Assembly: GCA_002368195.1 (NCBI GenBank)
Contig: AP018178.1
Coordinates: 4,873,039 to 4,905,038, forward strand
Length of the DNA stretch: 32,000 bases
Source of the DNA: Calothrix sp. NIES-2100
Lineage (GTDB): Bacteria; Cyanobacteriota; Cyanobacteriia; Cyanobacteriales; Nostocaceae
Reading direction: 5' to 3'
Within the stretch, counting starts at the first letter, position 1; every line of letters begins with the position of its first letter. A program made the position numbers and the translations under genes. The notes below the pieces were generated by a model. It worked only from the letters and a program-made list of their open reading frames with translations, was not told where the DNA came from and ran no database searches. This document shows, in pieces, positions 10,701-18,880 of the stretch.

Positions 10701-12983
10701 AATGTCTCGCGTAATTGCCAAATTTACTATTTTTCCACCCGTTTCGCTGGCTAAGGGTACACCGTGAGTTTCCATCCAGCGACGATTACCTTGACAGTTC
10801 ACCATCTCAAACTGTAAAGTCCCCTTATTTCCCTCACAGATACTGGCGTGGAATTGGCGAAATGCTGTTTGATATTCTGGTGTAATCAAAGAATAAACTG
10901 ATTTACCAATCACCGCTACGCTGCTATCAGCCTCTAGCATCACAATTCCGGCGGGGTTGATTTCCAATAAAGTCCCATCGGCGGCAATAATTTTGACACA
11001 ATCTGGTTCAGCATCAAAAATTGCCCGCCAGCGATTCTCTGGTTCAGCTACTTTATCACACAAGGCAGTGTCCAGAGGGCAGGAGGCAGAAGGAATACCT
11101 GCAACGTTTGCCTCACTTTGGGTACTCTGACTATTAGTGACGCGCCGCAACAATTTAATCCGCTCTAAGCGATTGATAATCCGAGTTACAAGTTCCGGGC
11201 CGACAATCGGCTTACTCACAAAATCATCAGCACCAACACTAAATACTTGGTTAACAATTTCCGCATCACTATGAACTGTGAGAAATAATATCGGCAATTC
11301 ACTCCAATGGGGATCATTCCGTACTACTTTGCAGATTTCAATCCCATTGGTGTAAGGCATTTCCACATCCAGAATCAGCAAATCTGGAGACACCGTTTGC
11401 AAAGTTGTCCAAAACTGTCGCGGATCTTCCAAGCCGATGACTTTCAAACCCCAAGGACTGAGTAAAGTTTGTAACAATGCCAGAATTTGCGGATCGTCGT
11501 CTACAGCTAATATCTTGGCTTCCGCATGGGGAGCTTGTTGCAGTACTTGGGTAATTGCTTCTAACACCTGTGGTGTCGGCATCGGCTTCTGCAAAAAGGT
11601 GTGTCCGCCGTTACGCGCTAGTTGTAAACGATGAGTAAAATCACTCTGCTCAGTCAACACTAGCACAGGTACAGGAGGCTGATTCTGGGAAAGTTCTGCT
11701 AGTAAACTCCAACTTTCTTCTTGATTATCAGAAACACTAGGATCAAGCAGCACCACACTGGGATGCTCGCGGTAGATTACATGTCTGGCATTTTCAATAC
11801 TAGTGGCAATTGTCACTTGGAGATTGCCGTTAGCAGACTCTGTTTCGAGATTTGCGGCTAAAGATTGTTCGCGATCAACCACCAATACTAAAGGCCTCTC
11901 ATCAGCAGTTACTGGGGGAGATGTCGATTCCTGCTGTTTGCTTTCAATTTCTTGACGTAATTGCTGCACCCAAGTTTTTAATTTACTGGTATCTGATTGC
12001 GTCAAAGTTTTATCAGATTTCAGTAGTTGCTCAATTTTACGTGCTAGTTTCGAGCCTAGAGGTAAGCCAAAAGTACCCAAAGAGCCTGCTAAGGTGTGGG
12101 CTTCTTGGGCTGCTTGCGATCGCAATTCTGGACTTAAACTCTTATAGTTAACTGTTGCAGCTTGCTCGAGCAGCCCCACCTGCTCTTTGACTCGTCCTTG
12201 AAATCGCTGCCAAATTCCTGCAACTGCTGCGAGTGTTTGTTGCTGTGATTTGCTTATATTTGCAGATTTTGGGCGGTCTAATCCTGCTTTATTTCCCTGC
12301 TCCTCTACTGTTTGGGGCTTGAGGCGATAGCCAATACCATAAACTGTTTCGATGAAATCACCAGGCGCTCCCACATGGCGCAGTTTCATCCGCAAGCCCT
12401 TGATATGGGTGCGGACAGCTTCTTCCCCTGGAGTATCATCATAAGACCAGAGATGCTCCAAAATCATGCCGCAACTAAATACTCGGCGACTATTGCGCAA
12501 AAATAATTCTAACAGGGCGTATTCTTTAGGAGTTAATGACAGCAACTCGCGATCGTAAATTACTTCACAGCTACTAGGATCGAGGCGTAAATTACCCCAC
12601 TCCAGTACCGGTTGCGCTGTAGTTCCCCCCCGACGTAATAAAGCACGGACACGAGCCACCAACTCTTCTTGGTCAAACGGTTTAACTACATAGTCATCTG
12701 CGCCTGCATCTAGCCCAATTGCTTTTTCATGACTGCTATCACATCCTGTTAGTAATAGCACGGGCATTTGCAAACCACGGGAGCGGATATGACGACAAAG
12801 ACTGATGCCATCTAACTTAGGCAACACGACATCCAATAAAATTAAATCATAGTCATAAGTTTCAATTAAATCCCTACCAGCTTTACCATCATTAGCAACT
12901 TCGACAGCATAGTTTTGGTTAGTGAGAATTTCTCTGAGTACCTCTGCGAGTAACTCGTCATCCTCGACAACTAAAATTTTCAT
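7725..12983 (-). CDS. 1752-aa multidomain signalling protein: REC + OmpR-type winged helix, HPt, two REC, PAS, GAF, PAS, PAS, HisKA/HATPase, two REC
   Basis: The N-terminus, MKILVVEDDELLAE…DVVLPKLDG…VVKPF plus LTPKEYALLELF…GIGYRL, is an OmpR-family module. EAHTLAGSLGTFG is an HPt motif (His codon 12096..12098). The H-box is SHELRTPL (His codon 9219..9221), with GTGLGL as a G box. The C-terminal receivers read LICDDDP…LLDLLMPGMNG and ILIVEDDNDL…ILDLILPESDG. Confidence 0.9.
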   Translation of the reverse strand: MKILVVEDDELLAEVLREILTNQNYAVEVANDGKAGRDLIETYDYDLILLDVVLPKLDGISLCRHIRSRGLQMPVLLLTGCDSSHEKAIGLDAGADDYVVKPFDQEELVARVRALLRRGGTTAQPVLEWGNLRLDPSSCEVIYDRELLSLTPKEYALLELFLRNSRRVFSCGMILEHLWSYDDTPGEEAVRTHIKGLRMKLRHVGAPGDFIETVYGIGYRLKPQTVEEQGNKAGLDRPKSANISKSQQQTLAAVAGIWQRFQGRVKEQVGLLEQAATVNYKSLSPELRSQAAQEAHTLAGSLGTFGLPLGSKLARKIEQLLKSDKTLTQSDTSKLKTWVQQLRQEIESKQQESTSPPVTADERPLVLVVDREQSLAANLETESANGNLQVTIATSIENARHVIYREHPSVVLLDPSVSDNQEESWSLLAELSQNQPPVPVLVLTEQSDFTHRLQLARNGGHTFLQKPMPTPQVLEAITQVLQQAPHAEAKILAVDDDPQILALLQTLLSPWGLKVIGLEDPRQFWTTLQTVSPDLLILDVEMPYTNGIEICKVVRNDPHWSELPILFLTVHSDAEIVNQVFSVGADDFVSKPIVGPELVTRIINRLERIKLLRRVTNSQSTQSEANVAGIPSASCPLDTALCDKVAEPENRWRAIFDAEPDCVKIIAADGTLLEINPAGIVMLEADSSVAVIGKSVYSLITPEYQTAFRQFHASICEGNKGTLQFEMVNCQGNRRWMETHGVPLASETGGKIVNLAITRDITEYRRVETEIRRVNRTLQALSNCSQVLVRAKDELDLLHRICQMIVEVGGYRLAWVGFAENDGEKTIRPIAQAGYEDGYLQSLNLTWADTIHGRGPSGTAIRTGQTAIIQNILTDPNYEIWRCQASKQGYAASISLPLIAEHQVFGALNIYATEPNSFDSDEVELLQALAADLAYGIMALRNQRDRQLAQIALQQSQQSYQQLVELCPEAIFIEGDGNFVFVNSAAVKLFGATVPIELLGKKILDLVHPDSQQAVSENFRLLKEFHQEIPLHEVQFLRLDGTAIALEIAAAPCIYQSQPASQFIARDITKRKQTEAFLHKANNELELRVAQRTAELISLNRKLQSELDERQKIQEQLRISQVKFARILDIADDAIISIDAQQKITLFNQGAEKIFGYTASEAIGKPLDLLLPLRFAQAHRHHVVDFGTSPNLARRMGERREIFGRRRDGTEFPAEASISKLDQGNKVYYTVILRDITERKQIERMKDEFVSVVSHELRTPLTSIHGSLGMLTSGLLTATSEQGKRLLQIATDSTDRLVRLINDILDIERIESGRVKMERETRNVAELIESAVNIMQPLAEKAGVKLSIESLSVELWIDPDRIVQTLTNLLSNAIKFSTAGATVWLVAAQEENEVLFTVKDTGRGIPEDKLDSIFERFQQVDSSDSRNHDGTGLGLAICQSIVQQHGGRIWVESRLEEGSSFYFSIPIVRSPQAVEIVPTTQHPEMKNHYSPLVLICDDDPVITQEMQTLLETGGYRVVTVTTGEEAIALAASQHPDVILLDLLMPGMNGWETMAVLKERADTKDIPIVICSVYKPSSQNQPSVDFADWVSKPVPENYLLQSLRQVVAKSSVRMRILIVEDDNDLAQLLITLFERHDIETFLAQTGREAIHLSQKVNPDLLILDLILPESDGFAVVDWLKKHNQLCSTPVVVYSAKDLDESERNRLKLGHTEFLTKGRVTTQEFEHRVMELLQRMTQNQQEGGGDETKANSRC

Positions 12984-13320
12984 CTCAAAAATTCGCTTGC
13001 GATAGTGATTTGCTAGATAACGAGCCGTAAAAGTTTAATTTAAAATAAAAACAATTGATATTAATTTTTCACTTAAATGCATATTAAATTATAAATCTTT
13101 AAATCTTGGCTCGGCATTAACAAATATCAATATTTTTGCGATCGCCTGTAGTCATTTCTTTGATGCGTATAAGCGTAACAGCAACTCTACAGACATCGCC
13201 TTTAGGAAAATATCAATAGAAGCCAGAATAAGTTATAGCGCCTATGTATGAGCAAATAAGCTAAATAAAGATATTTTTCGTAAAATTTGCTTTAATTCGC
13301 AATTTTTTCAATTATGATGC

Positions 13321-13400
13321 TAAATTGCGATTCGCAAACTTAAATTCTGATTTGTAAACTTAATTTACGAGTCGCAAACTTAATTTACGAGTCGCAAACT
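13321..13400. repeat. 20-bp tandem direct repeat x4 (TAATTTACGAGTCGCAAACT)
   Basis: The four units are taaattgcgattcgcaaact / taaattctgatttgtaaact / taatttacgagtcgcaaact / taatttacgagtcgcaaact in exact 20-nt register, and the last two are identical. Confidence 0.9.
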
Positions 13401-13657
13401 AGATTTTCCGCAATACTCACCCTTGGAAAAACTCAATAACGGACTTACAAAAAATAAATTACCCATATTCTGTAGTGCGAGCATCTTGCTCGATGAATGA
13501 ACATCAGCGAGCGAGACGTTTGCCCTTCCCTGCGGGAGGCTGCGCCAACGGACACGCTACGTGAACGCACTCCAAATTTATTGGGTATTTAAAAAATTGG
13601 ATGTCCCTAACCAATAAATCCAGTCCGTCACCTACCAAGGGTGCGGCGAATCAAACA

Positions 13658-13888
13658 TTGTAGGGGCGGGGAAACCCCCATTGGTGTTAACTTAAGTTAA
13701 AAGGCTTATCCCACAGGCATTTTACCCCACCCCTCAATCCCCTCCCCGCAAGCGGGGAGGGGACGTTTTGCGTCAGCAAAGCTGGGGTGGGGTAGGGCGG
13801 ATCTTGATGGGAAGCGTGAAAAGGCAAAATCATTTCTTGATAAGGGTTTCACGTTAAGTTGACACCAATGGGTTTCCCCGCCCTACAA
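13658..13888. mobile_element. MITE-like element (~230 bp) with ~35-nt terminal inverted repeats
   Basis: The left end is ttgtaggggcggggaaacccccattggtgttaacttaa (13658..13695). The right end is ttaagttgacaccaatgggtttccccgccctacaa (13854..13888). An internal hairpin, cccctccccgc-aa-gcggggagggg, lies at 13739..13762. Confidence 0.65.
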
Positions 13889-13963
13889 GTGATAGGATAG
13901 GCAAATTTATGATTGGGATGTTTTTTATTTGTCAGCTACGCCCAAGGTTGGCGAAGGTAATGT

Positions 13964-15310
13964 TTATAAAGCAGCCTTTTTGCTAGGAAAACCTGGAGAT
14001 TTTACTCCAGCCCAAATAGTTAAAGGCTGTCTAACCTGTTTATACAGCAAACTCTCAAGAATTAATCCATTATTATTAGCCGTCCAAATTTGAATCGGTT
14101 GCTTGAGAGACTCATAAAAGCCGTTATACCAACCCTTATGAGTATTGAGATTTCTTTGGACAAAATTAAATAGCTGACGCGTGTAAGCCGTATTATAAAG
14201 TACATGCCAGCCAACAGCTGCTTTGGTACTAAGGAACCGCAAATTATTGTATTTTGTTTGAGTATCTGTAATAGTTGCCCAAGCTTCTCCATTGACAAAC
14301 AAGCTGCTGTAAACAAAGTAGGGAGGACGATCTAAGTAGTCTCCTGTAACGGCTGTTAATTGTTTTGTCGTGAGATAGCGAGCTTCCTGAGCGGCTAAAA
14401 TCCTGTCAGCGTAAGCTTTAGGCAAAGATTGAAATCCGGTTTCAATCCCATCGAGGATATAAGGTTCGCTCAGAACGTAGTTATTAGCTCCCGAATTTTC
14501 GTGGTTCCGCTGATCGTAAGGTACACCTTTGCCGTAAAGATTGGCAAAGGCAACATGGGATTGATAATTTAATGCTTGATCAACATTCAATCCCCAGAGT
14601 TTTAACCCATAGGCGGCGTAATTCTCATAGCCTAAGCGTCCTTCTTGGTGGTACTGTTCTTTACCGTTGATGACGGTAGTACCATACATTTGTCCGTTGC
14701 GGGTGAGACGTTGAACTTGCCAATGTTGCCAAACAGCTTCTATTTTGGGTTGGAAGGATGGATATTTTGCGCCGACAATCTTCAGCCAGATTGCCAATCG
14801 TCCGATATCAATAGCTGACCAGCCAATTTCTTCTCTGGTCTCTAGTTGACCATAATTCACTGGTTCTAGAGTTTGAGAATTGTAAACTTTGTTAGGTAGT
14901 TCCCCTTTATATAAAGCCATAGAAGCTAGAGTCTGCAACATTCTGCTCATTTTGGCTTCAAATTCATATCCAGATACCAAATTGAGTTCTCTAACGCTCA
15001 CCAAAGCCGCGATCGCAGTTGCGATATCCCAGATTGTCGCCGAATTCATTCCCTCAACCGAATTCACCAAGCCGGTTTCCTGGTTCCAGTTACGCTGGAA
15101 ATATAACCAAGCTTGATGAGCGATCGCAGTTTCTTCGAGAGTTAATGCTCCTAATCCTGGGGCGAGATAGGGAGTTTTACTGATGAGCGCCTGACTAGGG
15201 CTAATCGGCGTACCAGGTAAAACTAAGGATTGAGCATCAAAGTTAGCAAGTGCTTCTGTTGCATTGCCAGTGGTATCAGAGTGAGATGACGAAATTTCCG
15301 TTTTTAGCAC
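13964..15310 (-). CDS. Conserved hypothetical protein, DUF3131-like (family assignment from memory only)
   Basis: This is a 448-aa uninterrupted ORF with ordinary amino-acid composition. Segments such as SATIWDIATAIAALVSVRELNLV resemble my recollection of cyanobacterial DUF3131 proteins. No N-terminal signal peptide or TM segment is visible. Confidence 0.7.
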   Translation of the reverse strand: MLKTEISSSHSDTTGNATEALANFDAQSLVLPGTPISPSQALISKTPYLAPGLGALTLEETAIAHQAWLYFQRNWNQETGLVNSVEGMNSATIWDIATAIAALVSVRELNLVSGYEFEAKMSRMLQTLASMALYKGELPNKVYNSQTLEPVNYGQLETREEIGWSAIDIGRLAIWLKIVGAKYPSFQPKIEAVWQHWQVQRLTRNGQMYGTTVINGKEQYHQEGRLGYENYAAYGLKLWGLNVDQALNYQSHVAFANLYGKGVPYDQRNHENSGANNYVLSEPYILDGIETGFQSLPKAYADRILAAQEARYLTTKQLTAVTGDYLDRPPYFVYSSLFVNGEAWATITDTQTKYNNLRFLSTKAAVGWHVLYNTAYTRQLFNFVQRNLNTHKGWYNGFYESLKQPIQIWTANNNGLILESLLYKQVRQPLTIWAGVKSPGFPSKKAAL

Positions 15311-15636
15311 AGTATCAGTACTATAAAGCTGCTTCTATCAATAATTTAGACCAAAATATCGATTCTAGCTGTAACTATCACCCTCATATAAGCTACGATA
15401 GACAAGCTTTTGAGTGGTAATGTCCAATGATATGACATTTTTTTTGATATTTTTCTGTATTAAATAACACTTTTAGCAAAATTAAGTGTTAATTTTCCAG
15501 AAAAATAATAATTAATACATAGTATATACATGATTTTCCCCATCAGTGCCAGGGAAAATACTGATTCGAGACCAGAGGGGCATGTATGCTTCATGCCTGA
15601 TTGCAGCGCGTAAATATTGATCGTTGATACAAATAA

Positions 15637-15673
15637 GGCGGGGTTTCCCTGGATTAAATCAGCAAACCCCGCC
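15637..15673 (-). terminator. Candidate intrinsic terminator downstream of queF
   Basis: On the minus strand, GGCGGGGTTT-(17 nt)-AAACCCCGCC is followed by TTATTTGTAT, about 80 nt after the queF stop. The large loop and interrupted U-tract keep confidence moderate. Confidence 0.45.
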
Positions 15674-15703
15674 CAAACACGAAAATTCATATTTCCGTCA
15701 GCT

Positions 15704-15760
15704 AATTACGAATTACGTTAGCGAAGCGGTAGCGAGGAACGAGCGTCATTACGAATTACA
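15704..15760. repeat. AATTACG heptamer STRR interrupted by a ~30-nt insert
   Basis: The sequence reads aattacg aattacg, then ttagcgaagcggtagcgaggaacgagcgtc, then attacg aattaca. This looks like a small dispersed element inserted into a heptamer array, and it overlaps the queF stop. Confidence 0.7.
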
Positions 15761-16148
15761 CTGACTTCTGATGCCGCACTTCGACAACAGTATGCACATT
15801 ACCGCGAGGAGTAAAATCTGCCTTCACCGTCACTGCTAAAGGATCGCAAGCGGCAACAAAATCATCGAGAATTTGATTAGCAGACTCTTCGTGAGAAATA
15901 TAGCGATCGCGGTAACTGTTAATGTAAAGCTTAAGCGCTTTTAATTCCACTACTCGTTCATCAGGAACGTAGCTAATATAAATCGTTGCAAAATCGGGGT
16001 AGCCAGAAAACGGACATTTACAGGTAAACTCCGGCAAAGTAATGCTAATGTCATATCGCCTACCCACACGCGGATTTGGAAAGGTAATTAATTGTCCTTC
16101 CTCAATCTCGCGTTCGCCATACTTCATTTGTGTGGTGTCAGTTGTCAT
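15756..16148 (-). CDS. queF: NADPH-dependent 7-cyano-7-deazaguanine (preQ0) reductase QueF, unimodular type
   Basis: The 130-aa ORF has FTCKCPFSGYPDFATIYISY (catalytic Cys plus the QPDFA-like motif) and VELKALKLYINSYR (the QueF motif E-x-K-x-x-K-x-Y). Confidence 0.92.
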   Translation of the reverse strand: MTTDTTQMKYGEREIEEGQLITFPNPRVGRRYDISITLPEFTCKCPFSGYPDFATIYISYVPDERVVELKALKLYINSYRDRYISHEESANQILDDFVAACDPLAVTVKADFTPRGNVHTVVEVRHQKSV

Positions 16149-16210
16149 TTGTCATTTGTCATTTGTCATTTGTCATTTGTCAAGATGGTAACTGTCAACA
16201 GTCAACAGTC
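16138..16210. repeat. STRR cluster (TTGTCAT x6; GTCAACA x2)
   Basis: The sequence reads cagttgtcat ttgtcat ttgtcat ... then ctgtcaacagtcaacagtc. The queF ATG (ATGACAA) is itself one repeat unit. Confidence 0.9.
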
Positions 16211-16229
16211 TCCCCTACTCCCTCATCGC

Positions 16230-16637
16230 CTACTCTTGCTCCCAGTCTGGGCAATTACTATCATCCCAACCGTTGGGATGCATGGCACAAACTAACAGGT
16301 TACCACCATATACTTGACCGTGGTAGTGAGTGCAACCAACGCAGGCGGGGTTTTTGTCTGGTGTGGCTTCAACTGGATAAGGAAAACCCAAATCTACATC
16401 TGCTACTACGTCTTCTAGTTCCCAGTAAACCTCTAACATGGGTTCTGTTAAGTCGTGTAAATACTGGTCAACTTCAGTAGCAATTGTCATTTGTACTTGT
16501 TCTGTAATTTCTTCTGTGAGTTCCAAAACAGCATCTACTATCTCATCTACTATGTCACTCATGCCGAGGAAAAAGTCCTCTACTTCATCAGCCACTGTCT
16601 CAATGATGTCCATCAAATCTTTCTGCCAATTGTCCAT
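16230..16637 (-). CDS. Hypothetical protein: acidic helical N-terminal part plus a C-terminal Cys/His cluster
   Basis: The ORF track gives 16230..16742. The upstream 35 codons run through AATTACG heptamers, so ATG 16637 (MDNWQKDL…) is the more plausible start. The C-terminus reads ACVGCTHYHGQVYGGNLLVCAMHPNGWDDSNCPDW. Confidence 0.65.
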   Translation of the reverse strand: MDNWQKDLMDIIETVADEVEDFFLGMSDIVDEIVDAVLELTEEITEQVQMTIATEVDQYLHDLTEPMLEVYWELEDVVADVDLGFPYPVEATPDKNPACVGCTHYHGQVYGGNLLVCAMHPNGWDDSNCPDWEQE

Positions 16638-17022
16638 AAACTTAACGCCTTTACTAGCTATAAATACAGCGCTTTGTGTGGCCTGGCTGGAAGTAATAGT
16701 ACAGATGCGTTGGAATTCGTAATTCGTAATTACTTTTCGCAATGGTTTGTTTATTTCCGCCGCGCTCCTAGATCAAGTATATTCAAAAATTGGCGATGTA
16801 TAAACGGGGGTTAAGCTCATCCCACCTCTTGAAAAAGTCGGCTTCCCAGCGCTTGGATGATTTTATGGATTTATATAAAATTTTTGCGCCTAATCAAGCA
16901 GGTTTGCCTTAAGGCGTTCTCGTGGAGGTAACCGCTACGCTTCTATGCATAAAACATAGAAACAATCAGCACAACCCATATATTGACAGGGTTTTGTGCG
17001 ATCGCTCTTTTGCTGCTATTGA

Positions 17023-17415
17023 CTACTCGTTGCGTTGCAGCCGTTTTAACTCTTCTTGCAGTTTTTGCACTTGGTCACGCAATCCACCGACATCATCATC
17101 ATCATTGGTTGCGGAATTTTTCACCGTCGGTTCTTCATCGTCTTCTAAAATTTCAATGCGGCGGGGTTCAGCAGGTGGTGTTTTTTCTGTATCTGCACCA
17201 GATGATTGGGGCTGTTGCGCTTGCTTCATCATATCTTCGACAAAGCGACGGGCTTCATCTGTGGTCATTTCGCCCTTTGCCACCATTTCATCTGCCAGTT
17301 TTTGGACTTGCGATCGCAGTTCCGCTAATTTTCCCCCAGCTTTCTCACCTGCGTAAGAAGCTAAGCCAACACCGAGGTAAAAAGCTTTTTGAACAATATC
17401 TCCAAAACCAGGCAT
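17023..17415 (-). CDS. Phasin-like (COG3937-type) small helical protein
   Basis: MPGFGDIVQKAFYLGVGLASYAGEKAGGKLAELRSQVQKLADEMVAKGEMTTDEARRFVEDMM matches the phasin-family N-terminal pattern. ATG 17415 is preceded by GAGGAG, whereas the track start 17472 adds 19 unlikely residues. The + strand ORFs 16922..17501 are shadows. Confidence 0.7.
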   Translation of the reverse strand: MPGFGDIVQKAFYLGVGLASYAGEKAGGKLAELRSQVQKLADEMVAKGEMTTDEARRFVEDMMKQAQQPQSSGADTEKTPPAEPRRIEILEDDEEPTVKNSATNDDDDVGGLRDQVQKLQEELKRLQRNE

Positions 17416-17574
17416 TGCTGCTGAACGCTCCTCAAAATAGGGCGACCCGGAGTCTACGCCTACCACAAGCATCCCGTATTGCTGCTACCTTCCGGTCCTG
17501 ACAAGATTTGGGCGTTGAAGTCGCATAGGTCCAGGTCTCTTAACAATATAACACTAAAATTCCGTAATTGGATG

Positions 17575-17841
17575 TTATTCCACAACAATTCGCCATTCGT
17601 GTAACTGATAATTCACACAACCGTTTTGTACCAATGGGTCAAGGGCTACAATTGCTTGGGCTTCGGCCATTGATTCCGCCTCAAACAGCATCATCCCGCC
17701 GCCGAATTCTGCCCAATAACCTGATTTGGCTTTGTGTCCTTTGGCAATCAAATCCTCAATGTAAGCTTTATGGGCGGGGATGTATTGGTCAAAGGTAGGT
17801 TTATCAACTTTACCTGCTTCAATTTTCACAAAAGTCGGCAT
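17575..17841 (-). CDS. YciI-family protein
   Basis: The 88-aa ORF has the YCII-like pattern (…AHKAYIEDL…G.....G…GGMMLFEAES.AEAQAIVALDP…). Confidence 0.8.
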   Translation of the reverse strand: MPTFVKIEAGKVDKPTFDQYIPAHKAYIEDLIAKGHKAKSGYWAEFGGGMMLFEAESMAEAQAIVALDPLVQNGCVNYQLHEWRIVVE

Positions 17842-17902
17842 CTACTTCCAACCTCTAGAATTTTGGTATTGGTATTGTAATTTAAGTAGACCAAAAAATT
17901 CT

Positions 17903-17931
17903 GCGATGCCTGAGGCGGGCTACGCCTACGC
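17903..17931. repeat. Small dispersed repeat (GCGATGCCTGAGGCGGGCTACGCC…)
   Basis: The reverse complement of 25872..25895 (gcgatgcctgcggcgggctacgcc) matches this 24-mer with one mismatch. Confidence 0.6.
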
Positions 17932-18084
17932 TAAAAAATAGTAGTTTATGGTACCATTTTTGCAGAAATGTACAAAAGCTGATTTCTCTAGGTGAATGAT
18001 AAACTCAGCTTATAGAATCAGATCTAAAGATTTCAGTCTACTGACAATAGCTCCCCCACTCGTCGTGAGAGATCCTCTTAAAAT

Positions 18085-18693
18085 CTAATTCAAATAACTA
18101 CTTAAATATAAATTTAGCATAACTAATTCTGCTTGTTCTTCCGGCATCTCTAAATATTTTAGGTTAACAATTTTGCCGTTATTTTCCAAGTCAAATAAAT
18201 CATAACCTGCAATTAGAAAAGGCATTCTTTGATAAAAATTTTCAGCTTCTTTTACAGAATTTAAAGCTATTCTTCCTTGAAAGCCTAAACTAAAACTACG
18301 TAAAATTGCGAAGAACAGTAGAATAGTTCCTACTCCTTTATAATTCCTTATTTCTTGAATAGATGCACGGTTCCAAGGAGCTACATTTAGTAAGTTTACA
18401 TAAATTAAATTTTTACCTATTTCTAACCTAGAATAGTGTTTGGTAATTTGTAAAACTATTAAACCTTGAGCAATTGAGTCGTATTCCAGTACACAGACTT
18501 CATAAGTTCTCGGCTCATTTAAATATTGGCTTATATCTAAGTTTTTATCCCAACATTTTTCATTTTGAAGTTGAGGCTTCCAACTTAATTCAATTTGTTG
18601 AATATGTCTTAATGAAATAGGTACAATCTTAGCTTGTACATATTCGTTATGAAAATTATCAAAGATTTTTACAGCTTCTTCTCCTGCTAACAT
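18085..18693 (-). CDS. GNAT-like acetyltransferase-fold protein in an AT-rich islet
   Basis: LLNVAPWNRASIQEIRNYKGVGTILLFFAILRSFSLGFQGRIALNSVKEAENFYQRMPF resembles GNAT motif A (beta4-alpha3, x-x-G-x-G) plus the C-terminal FY…GF-like element. ATG 18693 is preferred over the GTG 18738 used in the track. Codon usage is strongly A/T-biased. Confidence 0.6.
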   Translation of the reverse strand: MLAGEEAVKIFDNFHNEYVQAKIVPISLRHIQQIELSWKPQLQNEKCWDKNLDISQYLNEPRTYEVCVLEYDSIAQGLIVLQITKHYSRLEIGKNLIYVNLLNVAPWNRASIQEIRNYKGVGTILLFFAILRSFSLGFQGRIALNSVKEAENFYQRMPFLIAGYDLFDLENNGKIVNLKYLEMPEEQAELVMLNLYLSSYLN

Positions 18694-18880
18694 AAATCTT
18701 CCACTTAGATTACAAATATTGGCAAGCAGAATTATCACCCACTACAAGTACCCAGATGTCCTACAGAGAAAAAGATAAAGCTTTCTACTATCTCCTGAGT
18801 TTCGGCATCTAGTTATATACCAGAAGGCTGAGAAAAGTTATTGGGGTTATTAACTTTATACTGATAATTTATGATTTATT

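Noticed and set aside
8180-12506. Multiple + strand ORFs inside 7725..12983 (8180..8422, 8758..9192, 10374..10601, 11437..11634, 11852..12151, 12312..12506), and the minus-strand ORF 10364..10570 in another frame
   Set aside because: All lie within the continuous 1752-codon minus-strand frame, which has clear domain motifs. They have no motifs of their own.
15460-15690. ORF 15460..15690 (-) and ORF 31699..31908 (-)
   Set aside because: They lie in AT-rich or repeat-rich intergenic DNA, have odd composition, and have no start context or recognisable motif. I treat them as non-coding.
16149-16229. A preQ1 riboswitch upstream of queF
   Set aside because: The leader consists almost entirely of TTGTCAT and GTCAACA heptamer repeats, and no preQ1-type hairpin or A-rich tail motif is recognisable.
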